Positions 26,311-39,699 of a DNA stretch of 64,000 nt are shown piece by piece. A program made the translations under genes and the position numbers. The notes beneath the pieces were generated by a model. The model ran no database searches. It worked only from the letters and a program-made list of their open reading frames with translations, and was not told the DNA's origin. This DNA comes from the human T2T-CHM13v2.0 reference genome, Homo sapiens, in NCBI RefSeq assembly GCF_009914755.1, contig NC_060936.1; one strand, written 5' to 3'. Each line of letters opens with the position of its first letter. The first letter of the stretch is position 1.

Positions 26311-27639
26311 GGACTGACGCCCTCTCCCACTTTCAAATTGTTACCTAAAGCTCCCTCTCTATTTTCCATCTGGCCAAAATATCTTCCCCTGTGTATGTCT
26401 TCCATATGGCTCATGTGACATTTGGCAGGGAGGAGGGGGGATGTCTTTCTCTCTCACTTGATAAATTTGGGCTCCATGCTGCTACTACTGCTATAACCAT
26501 TACCCTTTAATTATGTGCAAAAATTGTATTGTTTTCATTAGAGGGGTGGAAGAAAATTTGGAAGAGTTGATTTTAAGCTAATTGAGGACAGGGATTACAT
26601 ATCTTTCCAGACTTATATTTTTTAAATTAAATAAAAGTAAAAAAAATAGAAGATATGACTTGACAGGCTTAATGCAATTAAAGTGATCACTTGATTGGCC
26701 TCCAAGATACTGATTTTAAAAATACTTAAATTGAATCATTGAAGAAAGACTAATACATTTTTATCCTATTATGAGCACATTGTTAAAATGTACTTTTATA
26801 TCCCGAGGTCAAAACCACCCACTTTGTGTAAAGGTCTTGATGTCAGCATTTCCCACCAAGGCCAGATGTGTTGCCTTTAAGAACTTATCTACTGTCTCTT
26901 GTACTAGGCAGTGGGGGCTGCTTATGACATATTTTAGGTTCTGTAGCCACTTTTCAGGGCATCTGTATACGCAAGATTCATTTAAAATCTTTTAACACAT
27001 TTTCCTCATACGGATGTTACTGTTACAGTCCCTTGTGAGAACATGTGTTGGTTATGTTAGAATAAGACATAAAGTAACAAATTGACTTCCTTTCAAATGC
27101 TTTAGAAAATTTTAAACCTCAGGAATAGATTCCTAATTAGGTGAACGGAAATTGAGATCTGGCTAAATCTCAGCGAGTAAGTGAAAATAGACCAGGGGAA
27201 GTTTTCTCGCAGAGGCCTCCCTCTGGAGACCCCTCCTGTGGGGGCTGTCAGGAAATCACTATACTCCTCTCACTATCCTTCCATTTACCTGCCACCGTGT
27301 GGTGGCTACACATAGGTCAAGGAGTTCTAGACGAAAAATGAAGGGAGATGGGCAATGGTCCCGTTGTCCTGGAAGAAGAGTATAGAAACAAATGTACAAG
27401 AATTGGCATTTATAAGAGGAAGAGATTTACAGAAGGAGATAAACTCTGCAGCTATTGCAGGCAAGGGTAAAAAAATTAGCTCATTCAAAATAAATTTCCT
27501 TTTTTAGACCCCAAAGATAACAATCAGGTTTCCTTTCTCCTCTTGCTTTTCCCTCTGTCAACTGCACTGTCTTTGACCTACTCCTGTCATGCTTCTATAT
27601 GCATAATATACTTCTTTATATATAATTTCTCATGTGTTA

Positions 27640-27800
27640 TCTTATTTTGTCCTTATAATAGCCATGTGAAGTAGGTGAAACAGGATTGATCTCATCAGTT
27701 TATAAATAAGGAAGCTAAGGCTTTATAGGTATATTTTGAATGTCTTAACAAGTAGTAAGTCTCAAGTTTGGGTCATTTGTTTCTAAATCTCATGACTGAT
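27640..27800 (-). mobile_element. MIR fragment
   Basis: atgtgaagtagg...tttataaataaggaagctaaggct. Confidence 0.55.
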
Positions 27801-27829
27801 TCATAAGATACGTTGTTCACGAGCTTGCA

Positions 27830-28307
27830 AGTCTCTTCATGATCTGCCTCTTCTTTCCTTCTCAAGTCTTGTATCTTCTCACTTTCTCATTTTACAATCT
27901 GTTATTCAGTCATAGTGAATATCTTAGTTTCTCAATTTTGCTGCAGCCGTTCTCACTTCTGAGTATTTGCTCGTGCCCTCTGCTTTTGCCTTTAAAACTC
28001 TGTCCACCATTTTGTCTGCTTAACTCTTAGTCAACCTTCACATTTTATCATGCGCGTCATCACTTCCAGTACTGACCAGTCCTCTGGCTTCCTTTTTGGG
28101 TTATCTGCCCTCTTTAGTACCCTCATGGTGTCTTGCTTACCCTGTGTCTTTGGATTTGTCATGATTCATGTGTTATAATTATGCCCCCTATTGGACTGTA
28201 AACTACATGAGAACAGCAGATCACCTCTGTGTTCACAGTATCTGGCTCAGAGTGGTGCTCCATATTTATTCTTTTTCTGAAAGGATGAATGAGTGAATGA
28301 ATGAATA
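27830..28307 (+). mobile_element. L2 3' end
   Basis: ggactgtaaactacatgagaacag...tatctggctcagagtggtgctc...gaatgagtgaatgaatgaat. Confidence 0.7.
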
Positions 28308-29490
28308 TTCCTTGTTGAAATGTACCCTTTTTTTCTCAACCAGTTTCCAACTCTCCCTTATTATTTTCTTAATTGATTTAGGAAAGTAAGAATAACAGTT
28401 CATTTGATTTAAGGGCGTGTCCTACATTTATAAATACAAAGCCTCTTTAGTCACGGTGTCCTTCTGAGAGCAGCGTGGGCTGGCTGTCACTTTCCATGAG
28501 GAAAGAGAATAAAAAATAAAACAAATCCCATTTTGCTACTTTTCTAATTCCACTTCTTTTCCACCACCTACTTTTCAGCTTTGGATTGTAGTCAGCTCTA
28601 TTTTTAACCCATCCATCAAGATTTTCAAAAATTCTCTGTGAACCCTTTGTTACCTATGCAGAACTAACTCATAGGTCAACACAACAATAAAAATGCAAAT
28701 TATAGATGTTCCTCATTATGCAGAAAAGAATATTTTAATTCTTGGTCCAAACATGTTGCAATCTTAGACCTTGCTAAATTTCCCTGAGATTTTTCCATTC
28801 ATAAATTTAGTAATGTCTTCTTGCAATTTTTTTTTTTTTGTTCAGTTTTTCAGTCCTGACATGCAACTTTGAGAGGTTGGGCATACTTTGGTAGGAACTG
28901 TGTAACCCAAAAGAATAAAAGCTTCTTAAAGGTTATCCAGCTTGAACTATGTCCAAGTTTTCCGCAAATGAGCTATATAAAATTTTGCCATATGTTCCTC
29001 TTTATATTGATACATCTGAATAGAGAAAGATATTTATAAACAATGTAGGTATAGTCACTGATTGAGGAGGCATTAGTTTTCTGAATATTCAGATAACTCA
29101 ATATCTGGCATTGTTTAATTTATCTAGACAAGTGACATTTGGTTAAAACAAACCTATAAGGCTTATGCTATGGGGCTATTTTAAAAATATTTTTTGGTCT
29201 GGAAAAGGTCTGGGGAGCAGCTGGCCACCAGCTGGAGCCTCATGCTGTTTTATTGAAGTAGAATTGGGACTTTACAAGCTTAATTATAACAAGACTTCAC
29301 TTGCCTCACAGAATTGGTTACAGCCCCCATTCTCCCAAGGCACCCCCTCCCCTGCCTTCCTTTAAAAAAAATTGTTGGTTGCTTTAAGGCTTGTTTTAAA
29401 TATTTCCACCCAGACCATATATGATCTGAAATCTTTATAGTGATACTCTTGATTTCATTACAATGACACAAAAGCGTAAATGAAATGTAG

Positions 29491-29549
29491 CTTCTTTTGT
29501 ATAGGTAAGTTCAGCAATAAGGTGGAGGAACTTGGAGATAATGGTGAGT
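29491..29549 (+). other. Candidate recursive splice site / RS-exon (29505-29543)
   Basis: cttcttttgtatag|GTAAGT, then ATG|GTGAGT 39 nt downstream; motif only. Confidence 0.3.
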
Positions 29550-30699
29550 AATATGTTTAAGTTCACAGAAGGTTATCTATAAATTTGATCTAAGTGATAG
29601 ATCTGGCTAGGTCTTTTGTTTCAATTAGTTGGTGAGGGAACCATGTGTTCATATCATTAGTCCTTGTATCCTAAGGGTTTACCTTTCTTTCACTTTCTGA
29701 TTCTCTTAAGCATATTATATAACATGAGCCTCCCATTTGATTGTAAACACTTCTAGGTACTTCCCAATATAGCTGGTATAGTTTTCAGCACAAAACTGAC
29801 ACTTAGGAAATATTGACAGCTTGATTTATTAGAAAGTGTCTATATGAATTTGCAACAAAGATTGCTGGTCACCTATTTGAAAACTGAGTTATAAATCCTT
29901 GCGTTTTCTTTTAGCATGAACTACTAAAGGATGACTAACTGCTATTTCCTTTGTGCTGTTTTTGGTGCATGAATAAATGGCTACTAACTCCTTTAGGATG
30001 ATGACTTAGGGGAGAGTTTAGAGAGAGATTTAAAATCACCTTTCAAATATGAAGAGGAAAGAGTAATGAGAATCTGTGGTTGGTGACGATAGTAATAACA
30101 CAATGTGAAAACATTGGTAAAAAGTAATAATCCCTTGTTGCTTTTTGTGCTAAAAGATTTCTAGATCCTCTGTAGCCTGGAAAGGTACAAGACTATATGA
30201 ATAAATTACATGTTAGTATGAAATATGCAGCTTGACCCTTTTGGGCTCATGTTTGTAGCTTTCTTGTCGTCAATAAGATAATTACATTTTTCTTTGCCCG
30301 TAACACTTGGGATTAGAGATATTTATTGGTCTAGGAAAAAGAGTTGCGAACAATTGGCTCAGTCCAACAATATTGCAGTAGATAGGGTTTTCTAAACTGA
30401 AAATGGTGGATGAAAGAATTGTCTATGATATTTACTAGGCACCCTTTGAAAAGGAATCCAGCTGATGCACAATATTCAATGAAGGACAAGAAAATGTCGT
30501 ATTGCTTGGGACAGCCTCATGAAGGAACACGGTCCTGTAACAGAAGAAAAGAAACTTTGTTTCTTATTAATATTATGTGTAATATATTACTTTTAATCTG
30601 TTGTTTTAAGTAGCTGAATAATCAAATCCAATTTTTCTCAAGACTAACTTTCAGACACAAACATTCTCTCTTCTTTGTAGCTTTCTTTGACTTTTCTTC

Positions 30700-30960
30700 C
30701 TACCCACCCCAATCTTCCCACTCCAGTGAAATTATCATCTCCTTCATCTCTGCTAACAGTGCATTCCTCCTCTCTTACAGCACTTCTCCAATTGCACTGT
30801 AATTATTTGTTTACATGTCTGTCTCTCTCACCAGACTGTGAGCTGAGACAGCATTTCACTTAATTCACTTGGTATACTCACACCCTGGCCATGTCTGGCA
30901 CATGATAGGCATACAACAAACACTGAAAGGAGAAAAAGGAGGAGAGATTAATGAATGAGT
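30700..30960 (+). mobile_element. L2 3' end
   Basis: ttatttgtttacatgtctgtctctctcaccagactgtgagct...tctggcacatgatagg. Confidence 0.75.
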
Positions 30961-32669
30961 GTAAATTATTGTCATCTCTGATTTATTTGGCAGTTATATC
31001 ATAGCGTGCAAAAAAGAAACACCCATCTTATTACTTCTTCAGTGTCATGTAGACTTTTCTGGAAAACTTCAGCGTGCTTAACAGTCTGCTCAACTCATAC
31101 TACATAATTCCACGGCAGTGATAACAGCACTGTAATTAGAGCATAAGCACTATCAACTTATTGTAAATCATACTGAGTTTATATCTTGGAATCTACAGGT
31201 GTGGTTTTATGTTTCAATTGTAATTCACTCACTTTATAAAAAGAGAGGATATCTGGTTTGATGTATAAAACTTGATAACTAATGGTTAGAATTTTCTAAT
31301 TCACTTATATTTACAAATAGTTTTAATTATAATTTATTCTTAGAAAAAGAAGTATATCATTTGTTAAGCAGAGTCATTGAGGTGATCAGGCAAGCTTGTT
31401 GCTAAATGGTACACTGTTCAAAGACTGAGATTATCACTCACTGTTGTTGAGTAAGTATGAGGGTGGCTGAAAAGCCTGCTGGATGTTAAATTCATCTTTT
31501 GAACAAATGTTTTGGTTTCATTAAAAATGAAAATGCATTCCACCCGGGTTTTCCTGTTATCATGTAAACTTATGTGTATTTAAGAAAAATTTAATTGTTC
31601 TATTTCATTCATTTATGCTCATGTCATTAAGATGATATTTGGTGATGGATAAGAAGGGCCTTTTTGTTGGCTTTACTCTTTATTATTTTAAACCCCCTAA
31701 AATATTTTTTGTTCTAATATTCAACAAACTTAGCCAATGAGATGGTCTGACAATAGCACAATTGTCTCCAGTACCTATTTTAGCTTAATAAATGCAAAAA
31801 AAATCATTCACTATCCTTAGTAAATGATTTCTATCTAATAGGTTATATTATTATCTTTATAAACAAATATATTTAAAATTAAACAACACCTAAAATTGCA
31901 ACCTGAACACTTACAGAACCTTAAGAACAAGAATCATAATTTCTTATTCATGGTTAGATTATTAGGTTTTCGCAGAATACTTGGAAAAAAACAGAAAATA
32001 AATATTGAATATGGATTAATTGATGAATGTATTGACAAATGTTAATAGGATAACTTTTTTGTTTTGTGATTAAGTGGGCAGAAAGAAGTGCAAAGGTCAT
32101 TTTCATATTTGAGGCATGTAAGTAAGGAATTTCAGCTATTGTGGGAGATCCACAGAGGGAGAAACAGTGACTTATATGTAATGCATATTTTGTCCCAATG
32201 TAGAAAAAATAGGATGGTTGGTCTTACTGGGATAGAACAAAGTAAAGATTCAATTAAAACGGCAAGAGTTTCTGATCAGCCAGTACTGAGTCTAGAGAAA
32301 GGTAGTATGGGAAGATGAGAAGTACTCACTCTTTTCCTTGTCCCAGTGTTCCTAAGCTGACCAACACAACTGTGGTCTCTGGGGAAGGGGCAAGAGCTAA
32401 ACTATTTGGAAAAACAGTGTTTGTATTCCCTGGATCATCAGCATTTATTTTTCTTTTGGACCAGAATTTGTAAACTTTGTAGAACTATTGGCTGGGAGGA
32501 AATTTGTTCTACTTACTGTCCTCTCACTGTGGACCAGGGGTGTCAAAAAGGTGGTGCCTGCTCCACAGTAACTCACCAAATCAGCCAGGAGAGTGTAAAA
32601 GGAAACAACTAATATTGTCATTTATTTTAATTTTTCTCTAAAAGTTAGAAAATGAATTGAGCTTTACTC

Positions 32670-33990
32670 AGTTTTTTTGGGGTATATTTTCAAGTATAAC
32701 ATACATACAGAAAAGTATACAAATGAAAGGTATACAGTTAGATTAATTTTCTCAACGTGAACACACATACATTGCTAACATAGATCAAGAGACAGGTATT
32801 ATCAACACCACAGAAGACGCTCCTCCCTCATATCTTCTTCCCATGATTACCCCTCAAGAGAAATCACTATTTTGACTTCTAATACCATAAGCTGGTTTTG
32901 TCTTTTTGTGCATTTTTACGTAAATAGTATCTTCTGTATGTATGATAGTGTATTTGGCATTTTTTTGCTTGTCAGTATGTTAGTGAATTTATCTCTATTG
33001 TCACATGTTGTAGTTCATTCATTTTTAATGTTGCATATTACTCTAATGTGTGGCTGTACCATAAGTGTGTTCATTCTGCTATTGATGAGCATTTAGATTG
33101 TCTTGGTGTTGCCAATTTTTGGCTCTCACAAATAGTGCCTCTATGAAAGTATTGTTTATCAACATTTCTGTTGGATAAATCTGTAGGAGTGGAATTCCTG
33201 AGTTATAAAATATGCATATATCAGGCTTTAGTCGGTAGTGGCAAATAGTTTTCCAAAGTGATTGTACCAATTTATACTCCCAAAAGCCATTATATGAAAG
33301 TTCTAGTTGCTCTACATCCTCACCAACACATGATATAGTCAATTTTTTATTATAATTCTTTTGTGTGTGTAGTGCTATTGCACTGTAGTTTTAATTTCTA
33401 GTTTCCTCATGACTAATGATTTTTGCAATTTTAAAAAAATTTCATGGCCATCTAAACAATTCTTTTTTTGCTCAAGTATTTTGCTTGTTTTCTTGATTAG
33501 GTTGTTGTTCTCCCTCCTCATTGATCTGAAAGAATTATTTGTACCAGTCTTCTATAGTTTGCGTGTTTATCTCCTCCAAATCTCATGTTGAAATTTGATC
33601 CACAATGTTGGAGGTGACAAATAGTGGGAAGTTTTTGAGTCACGGGAACAGATCCCTCATGAATGGATTAATGCCCTCTCTCAGAAGTGAGTTCTCCTTC
33701 TTTTAAGTTCCTGTGAGAGTTAGTTGTTAGAAAGAGCATGACGCTGCCCCCATCTCTCTTGCTTCCTGAAGCTCTTACCAGCAGCTTAGCAGATGCTGGT
33801 GCTATGCTTCCTGTAAAAACTGCAGAACCATGAGCCAAATAAACCACTTTTCTTTATAAATTACCCAGCCCCAGATATTATTCATTTATAGCAACACAAA
33901 ATGGACTAAGACGGAGGTTTTGCTGGTATATGTATTAAAAAATATCTTCTCCCTTTCTGTGGCTTGTCTTTTCACTTTCCTAATGGTAAA
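32670..33990 (-). mobile_element. L1ME-type LINE-1 3' fragment, interrupted by an MST LTR
   Basis: gtataacatacatacagaaaagt 3'UTR; ORF2 relic 33079-33342 (VGEDVEQLELSY...WEYKLVQSLWK). Confidence 0.85.
33550..33913 (+). mobile_element. MSTB-like MaLR solo LTR
   Basis: ctatagtttg...ccaaatctcatgttgaaatttgatcc...ttataaattacccagcc...ggactaagac. Confidence 0.9.
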
Positions 33991-35057
33991 ACACTACTAA
34001 TTTGCCATGTGGAATGACATTGGCATCCTCACCACATATGCATGTCAGTCACCACATCCTAAAAGTGTGTGGTGAGAAACCAGGAGCTGGATGGTGTGCT
34101 TAAATGTGATGCAATCATTTGAATTTTTGTTTTTGAGATATTGCTGTGCATTATAGTTTTATATATGCATGATTAAATGAACAGAATTATTTATTATCCA
34201 GATTTTACTAAACTAGTCTTCACAAAATGGGCAAGTGACTTCAAAATATTTTTGCAAAGTAAACCTAAATTTAAGATAATCTTAATAGAACAGGCACTTG
34301 GATACTGTAAGAAAATGGTTGCCCTGATAGCTCTTTTCCAAATAAGAGCTATTCCTCAGTTAAGTAAAGAAAACGACAGCCTAATATCTGACAAGTTAGT
34401 AAAAAAAAATTGTCAGAAAAGCCATTTAAATTCAAGATTTATGCCTACCTTAGTGAACAATGAACCTTGTCCTAACATATTTTTCTTGGATGTATTAGTT
34501 AAAGCATAAAGCCACCATGATTAGTACAATATTAAATATGTTTATTTCATCTTTATCTCATTCTTTAAAGTTTTCTAGTTTTTGTACATGAAACACATTA
34601 ATTGACATCTATTGAAGCCATAACCAAAATAGTTTAACACACTTCTCTAGAAAATTTAAAACTATGCATGTACCGCTAAATAGAAGCATTACCATGCAAC
34701 ACAAACCTTCAGGCAACTTTTGAAATGGAAATTTACAAAGCACCTTTTCCACTTTAGTTAAGGCCTGGCTATTTGAAAAGCATCACAGTGCATCTCACAG
34801 TGCGTGTGCGGGAGTGGAGATGCCTGGAACAGAATTCCGATAGGACTGTAAGTGAGAGTTCATTGTTCTGAACTCTCCATTGTTCCATAAAACCTGTCTT
34901 AAATATTCTCATGTTCTTGGGTAAGGACTGATTTCTGAGAATGGAATATGCCTACTGAGAATGGTAGTTTTCACATTGCAATGTGGGATTTCTGGGTCCC
35001 TGGGAATATTTAACCATGTCTTTAACTATGGCAGCAAATCAACCAGTGGAAGCAGTT

Positions 35058-35071
35058 GCGCCAGGTGGCAG
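35058..35071 (+). promoter_or_regulatory. Candidate CTCF core motif
   Basis: gcgccaggtggcag versus consensus CCRSYAGRKGGCRS: one mismatch; CpG retained in unique DNA. Confidence 0.4.
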
Positions 35072-37574
35072 GTGGAGCATCTTGGGAAGAAGCCAGTTTT
35101 TCAAAAACCATGTTGCAAAGGCTTAATTAAGCTTAGGCAGTCAGATAAGCATTACTTTTCTATGAAACAGTCTAAATATAAATACAAAAATAAATAATGT
35201 AGACAGAAAAAGATAATGAATGTAATTTTTCTTTTGCTCATATTCTAGAGATTTTGTAAGATTTGATGGAACCAAGTGGGCAAAAGTATTGTTTGTGGGT
35301 ATGTTACACGCATCTCCTTTCATCTGATGGAGGAAAATAGCCTCAAAAATCACCCAGTGCATGCTGTGGATTGTTGGCAGGCTTGAGAGAAGCCACCTTG
35401 GGTGGATGGGTCTTAAGGATCTCCAGGGGAGGAGTTTCCAGATTGTGTTAACAACCCCTTGCAGTCTTTGCTGGCTCAACACTGGGTGGACACTTTTCCT
35501 TCAGCTGAGCCTCACATCACTTACTTGGCATGATATGCCCTCCCCTCCCCAACGTCCCAAATGCTGTGACTACTTTGGAGGAAAATGGTGGAGAAATGCG
35601 AAGCATTATTTTCGGAACAAAATCTCTGCAGTCCCAAAGCTTTTGCAAAGCATTCTCTATAGGGGGCATATCTGCCACATCTGTTCTTGTGTGGGGGAGG
35701 CACACTGTATTTATCATTTGAGATGAGTCACCTCATAAAGGAGCATAGTTGACTTCAGCTTTTGTGTTGAAAGGGCTCTCTGGTAGAATGAGCTGTAGTA
35801 TTTAAGCTTTAAGTGGTACATATCTAGGCCTCCTGGTAGCACCCTGCCAAGAGCAACAATAGCTACAGAGGAGTAAAATCTCCTTCTTTCCATTTCCTTT
35901 CTGTCTGACTCTAATGATACTACTGGTGCGGCACAGGCAGTGAGGATCCTCAAGGGTGCTGCCGTGAGAGACCAAGCCATCATCCCACACCTGTTCTGGA
36001 ATGAAAGCAGCTGAATTTGGCAAGGCCAGGAGACACAAAAACAAAGGATAAAAAGAACCAGAAATGTTACAAAAAACACCAGTGAAATATCTCTAACCAA
36101 TCATTAAACATCCACAGCAGTGGATACCAGCAATTCTGAAGGATGGCTCTCAGACGGGGTCCCCAGCATGTAACCCTTAGGATGTATCATCTGTTCCCTA
36201 AAGATTTGTCTTTAGTTTCCCAGATTCTAAACACAAACAGTGACTTTAACAGTCTCTGCAGTTCTATCTTGGGCTGTCAAAAATTATTTTTTATTATAGA
36301 TGATTCATTGGCAGAAAGAATATTATTTTCTTTCCCTCTAAAATGTTTTTAAGGTATTTCAGTAGCTATTGATAAATTTTAACCTGGAGGTAAGCATGTC
36401 TTTCAAAAGAAAATATGGAAGTTCATATAGACTGGCTTTCTCTTCTACAGGGAATTTGTTAGATTTATTTTCTGTATGTCCATACCTGGTAAGAATCCCC
36501 ACGTAGGCCAATGTAGTTATATGTGACACAAGTCACAGATAAAACAGCCCTGAATCTGTGGGTAAAATAGAGCCATAATATTGTCCCACATAACTCACTC
36601 TTTTACTTCCAGCTCCTACCTTCACATTCTGTTCAAAAAGAGAAAGAGATGTAATCCAAGAGATAATCAGGTCTACTTCCCTTTACAGAGAGTTGCAGAG
36701 TCAGTGTACAGACACAGGGTTTAGCTGACACCTCCTACAGTGCTTTTGCTGTTAAAATTGAGTGTTAAGGAGGTCTGGGTCATAAGTTCAGTCCCCACTG
36801 ATGTCCCGTTATCTTTAACAACGTGGAGATAAGCTTTTCCATATGGCCTATTGTGAGTTAGGTTTATGATGAAATAAATTGCATGCTTCTGTTTAGACGG
36901 TTTGCACAGTAATGATCTCTCCTTCTATTTCTTCCCAAAATATGTATAGACAACATTGTATTCATCCTTGTTTTTTATATTCTCTCCTTACTCTTTCATT
37001 TGGGTTTAAGTAATAAAGTTCCTCTTAAAATGTAAACATAATTTGGAAGTTATCAAGTATTAATGGCCCATCAATGCTCAAATTTGTCTACAGGATTTTC
37101 CCCCACTATGCAGAAATGCGAGGAAATGGGACTCTAGAGATGCAAGTTGTGATAAAGGAAAAAGGCCAAGATGAAAGAAATACAGCACAGTTTCTAAAAA
37201 AAGAAACTGTGGTTACCTTATGTGGCCCAGGGAAGCAAGTTGGACCTTGGTATCTGATGGCAGGAAAGTACCAATAACAAAAGAAAGAAGAAGCACAGAA
37301 GAGTTCCCAGGAGAAAGAGTTCTGCTTCTCAATTTTGCTCACTCTGCCTCTCTGTTATTCTTGTAAAAGGGTGGCATTTGTTGTAAGGGGGACCTGTGAA
37401 GGGATTACGGATGGCTAAAAGAAGAAGATCCCACGAGTGGAAAAATACTGAAAAGTGTCATAGTGTAGGTGAAGAAACTCAAGTGAAATTACTCAGAGCA
37501 GATCACAAATATTTTAGACCATATAATGCACTCAGCATTGTTCCTAGAGCATCATAAACACTCAATGTAAGTTT

Positions 37575-37720
37575 CACTTCTCCTTCCTCTCCTTTTCCTC
37601 CTCTCTCTTCTGCCCCTTCCTTCTTTTTTTTCTTTCCTTTCTTCTTCCTCTTCTCCTCCTTTTCCTTCTTACTGCTGTTGTTGTTACTTATTTTCATTAT
37701 TTCTCCTTCCTTTACTTCCC
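37575..37720. repeat. CT-rich low-complexity tract
   Basis: Degenerate (CTT/CCT)n run read directly. Confidence 0.8.
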
Positions 37721-37769
37721 ATCCTGACAATAGAGATCCTACCCAACCATTCAGTTAACTTCACTAGTA

Positions 37770-38030
37770 TTTGAGTTCTACCTCCTTCATTAAGCTTTCT
37801 CCGGCTAATCCTAACCTGCATTGACCTCCCATTTGGGGATTAATATCTGGTTTCACACTGTCTTAAATTGTTCCTTGTTACTCCAATTATTATTTAATCT
37901 TGTCAGATGAATAAAGTGACAAATACTTTGAAGGCTGAAACCATAGCCTTGTTTCTCTGTATTCACCATAATAATTAGAATAATGTTGAATATATAGTAG
38001 GTCTTAAATAAATGTTTATTGACTAAATCA
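37770..38030 (+). mobile_element. L2 3' end
   Basis: atatagtaggtcttaaataaatgtttattgactaaat. Confidence 0.6.
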
Positions 38031-39699
38031 TAGGTATTTAATAATTACTGGCTGTTTCACTGTCTTCCCTCTGTGTGATCAGAAAAGCACATATATATTA
38101 CTTTATTCTGAAGAAAAGGAAAAAAAAGATTTGTTAATAATGTTCACAATTTACTTGGAACACTGTTATTTCTATCCTGCCATGTTAAAATCCTTTACTT
38201 GCTGTTCTGGCCAAAAATGAATGAAAACAAATGAACAAAGAAAAGTCTCCAAAAGAAAAAAGACAATAATAAAAGAAGCCAAAAAAAAAAAAAAAAAACC
38301 CAGCAAAAAATGCAAACACTTTTGAAATGAATTAAAATAAAAATAATGTATGAATTTAACACAGATAATTAGAGCATAGATTACAGCTGGGAAAGAATTC
38401 CTTAAAGTTAAGGTTATGTTTATTATCCTGGAATTGAAGCAAATATTTGAAATAAGTTAATAATGGATAGAGCAGCATCGGATTTTTTCCACATAACCCA
38501 TTTTAGATCAAGAGTGCTTTGTGGCGAGAACATGAAATCAGTTGAGACCAGCTGACCTTTGCAAAGAATTGTGGCTGCTTAACTTCATAGTTCACTTCAT
38601 ATTGTATTTGAAACATGAAAGAAAAATCTTCCAGTCCCCATCTGCTGAATTAGTCCCCTCTTTTCCTTCAAAGTCCAAACAGAAAACCACTTGCACCACT
38701 AAGCCTTCAAATGGAAGAGGGATGTTCACACCATGTTCTGTTGTATTGGAACAATGAAACAACCAGTTTAACTCTTCTGATTAATTTAGGCAAACAAGAA
38801 AACAATTCAGTTAAATATGATTACATATGCAGCAGGACCCAGTTTTAAAAATTTTTTTCTCTATTTTCATAGTTTATCAAATTAGCTTGGAATTAAGCGT
38901 ACAATAAAGAGTGATTTTTTTCATGTTTAATTTTCTGGTTAGGGATATAAACTCCACACAGTATCTTCTAAGATTACAACCTATTCAGCCAGATCTTAAA
39001 AATCATTCAGTTCTCTTTGGAGAAAATTAGAACTTTTTCTAAATGCTTGATAGCAGAATGCCTCCAAGCACTATGATAACCATAACTCTTGTTCGAGTTC
39101 AATAGTGCAGACCTGCACAAAGCTGAAAAAGTACTGGCAAGAGAGCCATTTCTTTCTCCACCAGGTACTGTTCCTCAGCACTTCACAGGCAGGCCATAGC
39201 TGGACAAATATCAATACCAGTCTCCTCTAAATACTGGGCTAAATGAGATAGTTTATGGAAACTCTGCCACAAAGATATTCCATTGGCATGGTGGAGTTGG
39301 GCTTGGTGTTGTGCAGTATGCTTTCATGTCTACATCTGTGTCTATTTCTCTGCATCTGTGAACTTGAAATGTTCTTCCTTTAACAATTCTGCTCCACTGT
39401 ACCTAGTGGAGTACTACCTCCTCTCTATTTAAGACAACGTTATCATCTTTAAAAAAAAAGTTTTCTCATGAATGAAAACACTGCTCTCCCACAAAGAATC
39501 TGAATATTCACTATCCTTTCCTATAGATATCTCACCTCCCATTGACCCTGATTAAGTGGGGTTCCAGTGAGAATTGGCTTATCTTTGTACACTATTTCTT
39601 GATCAGTGAACTAGCTGTGTGAGCAAGTATGGTGTACACCAAAAAGAGAGACATTATTTTATTTTACTTCCTTTTATGTTCACATGTTAACAGGTGGGG

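Noticed and set aside
31372-31456. Exon-like unit ending GA|GTAAGT
   Set aside because: No convincing upstream acceptor; isolated donor hexamers are common.
35141-36352. Cluster of overlapping 60-128 aa ORFs on both strands
   Set aside because: No recognisable domain or consistent exon structure; explained by locally higher GC.
37503-37730. Lys/Glu-rich ORF
   Set aside because: Translation of a CT-rich low-complexity tract.
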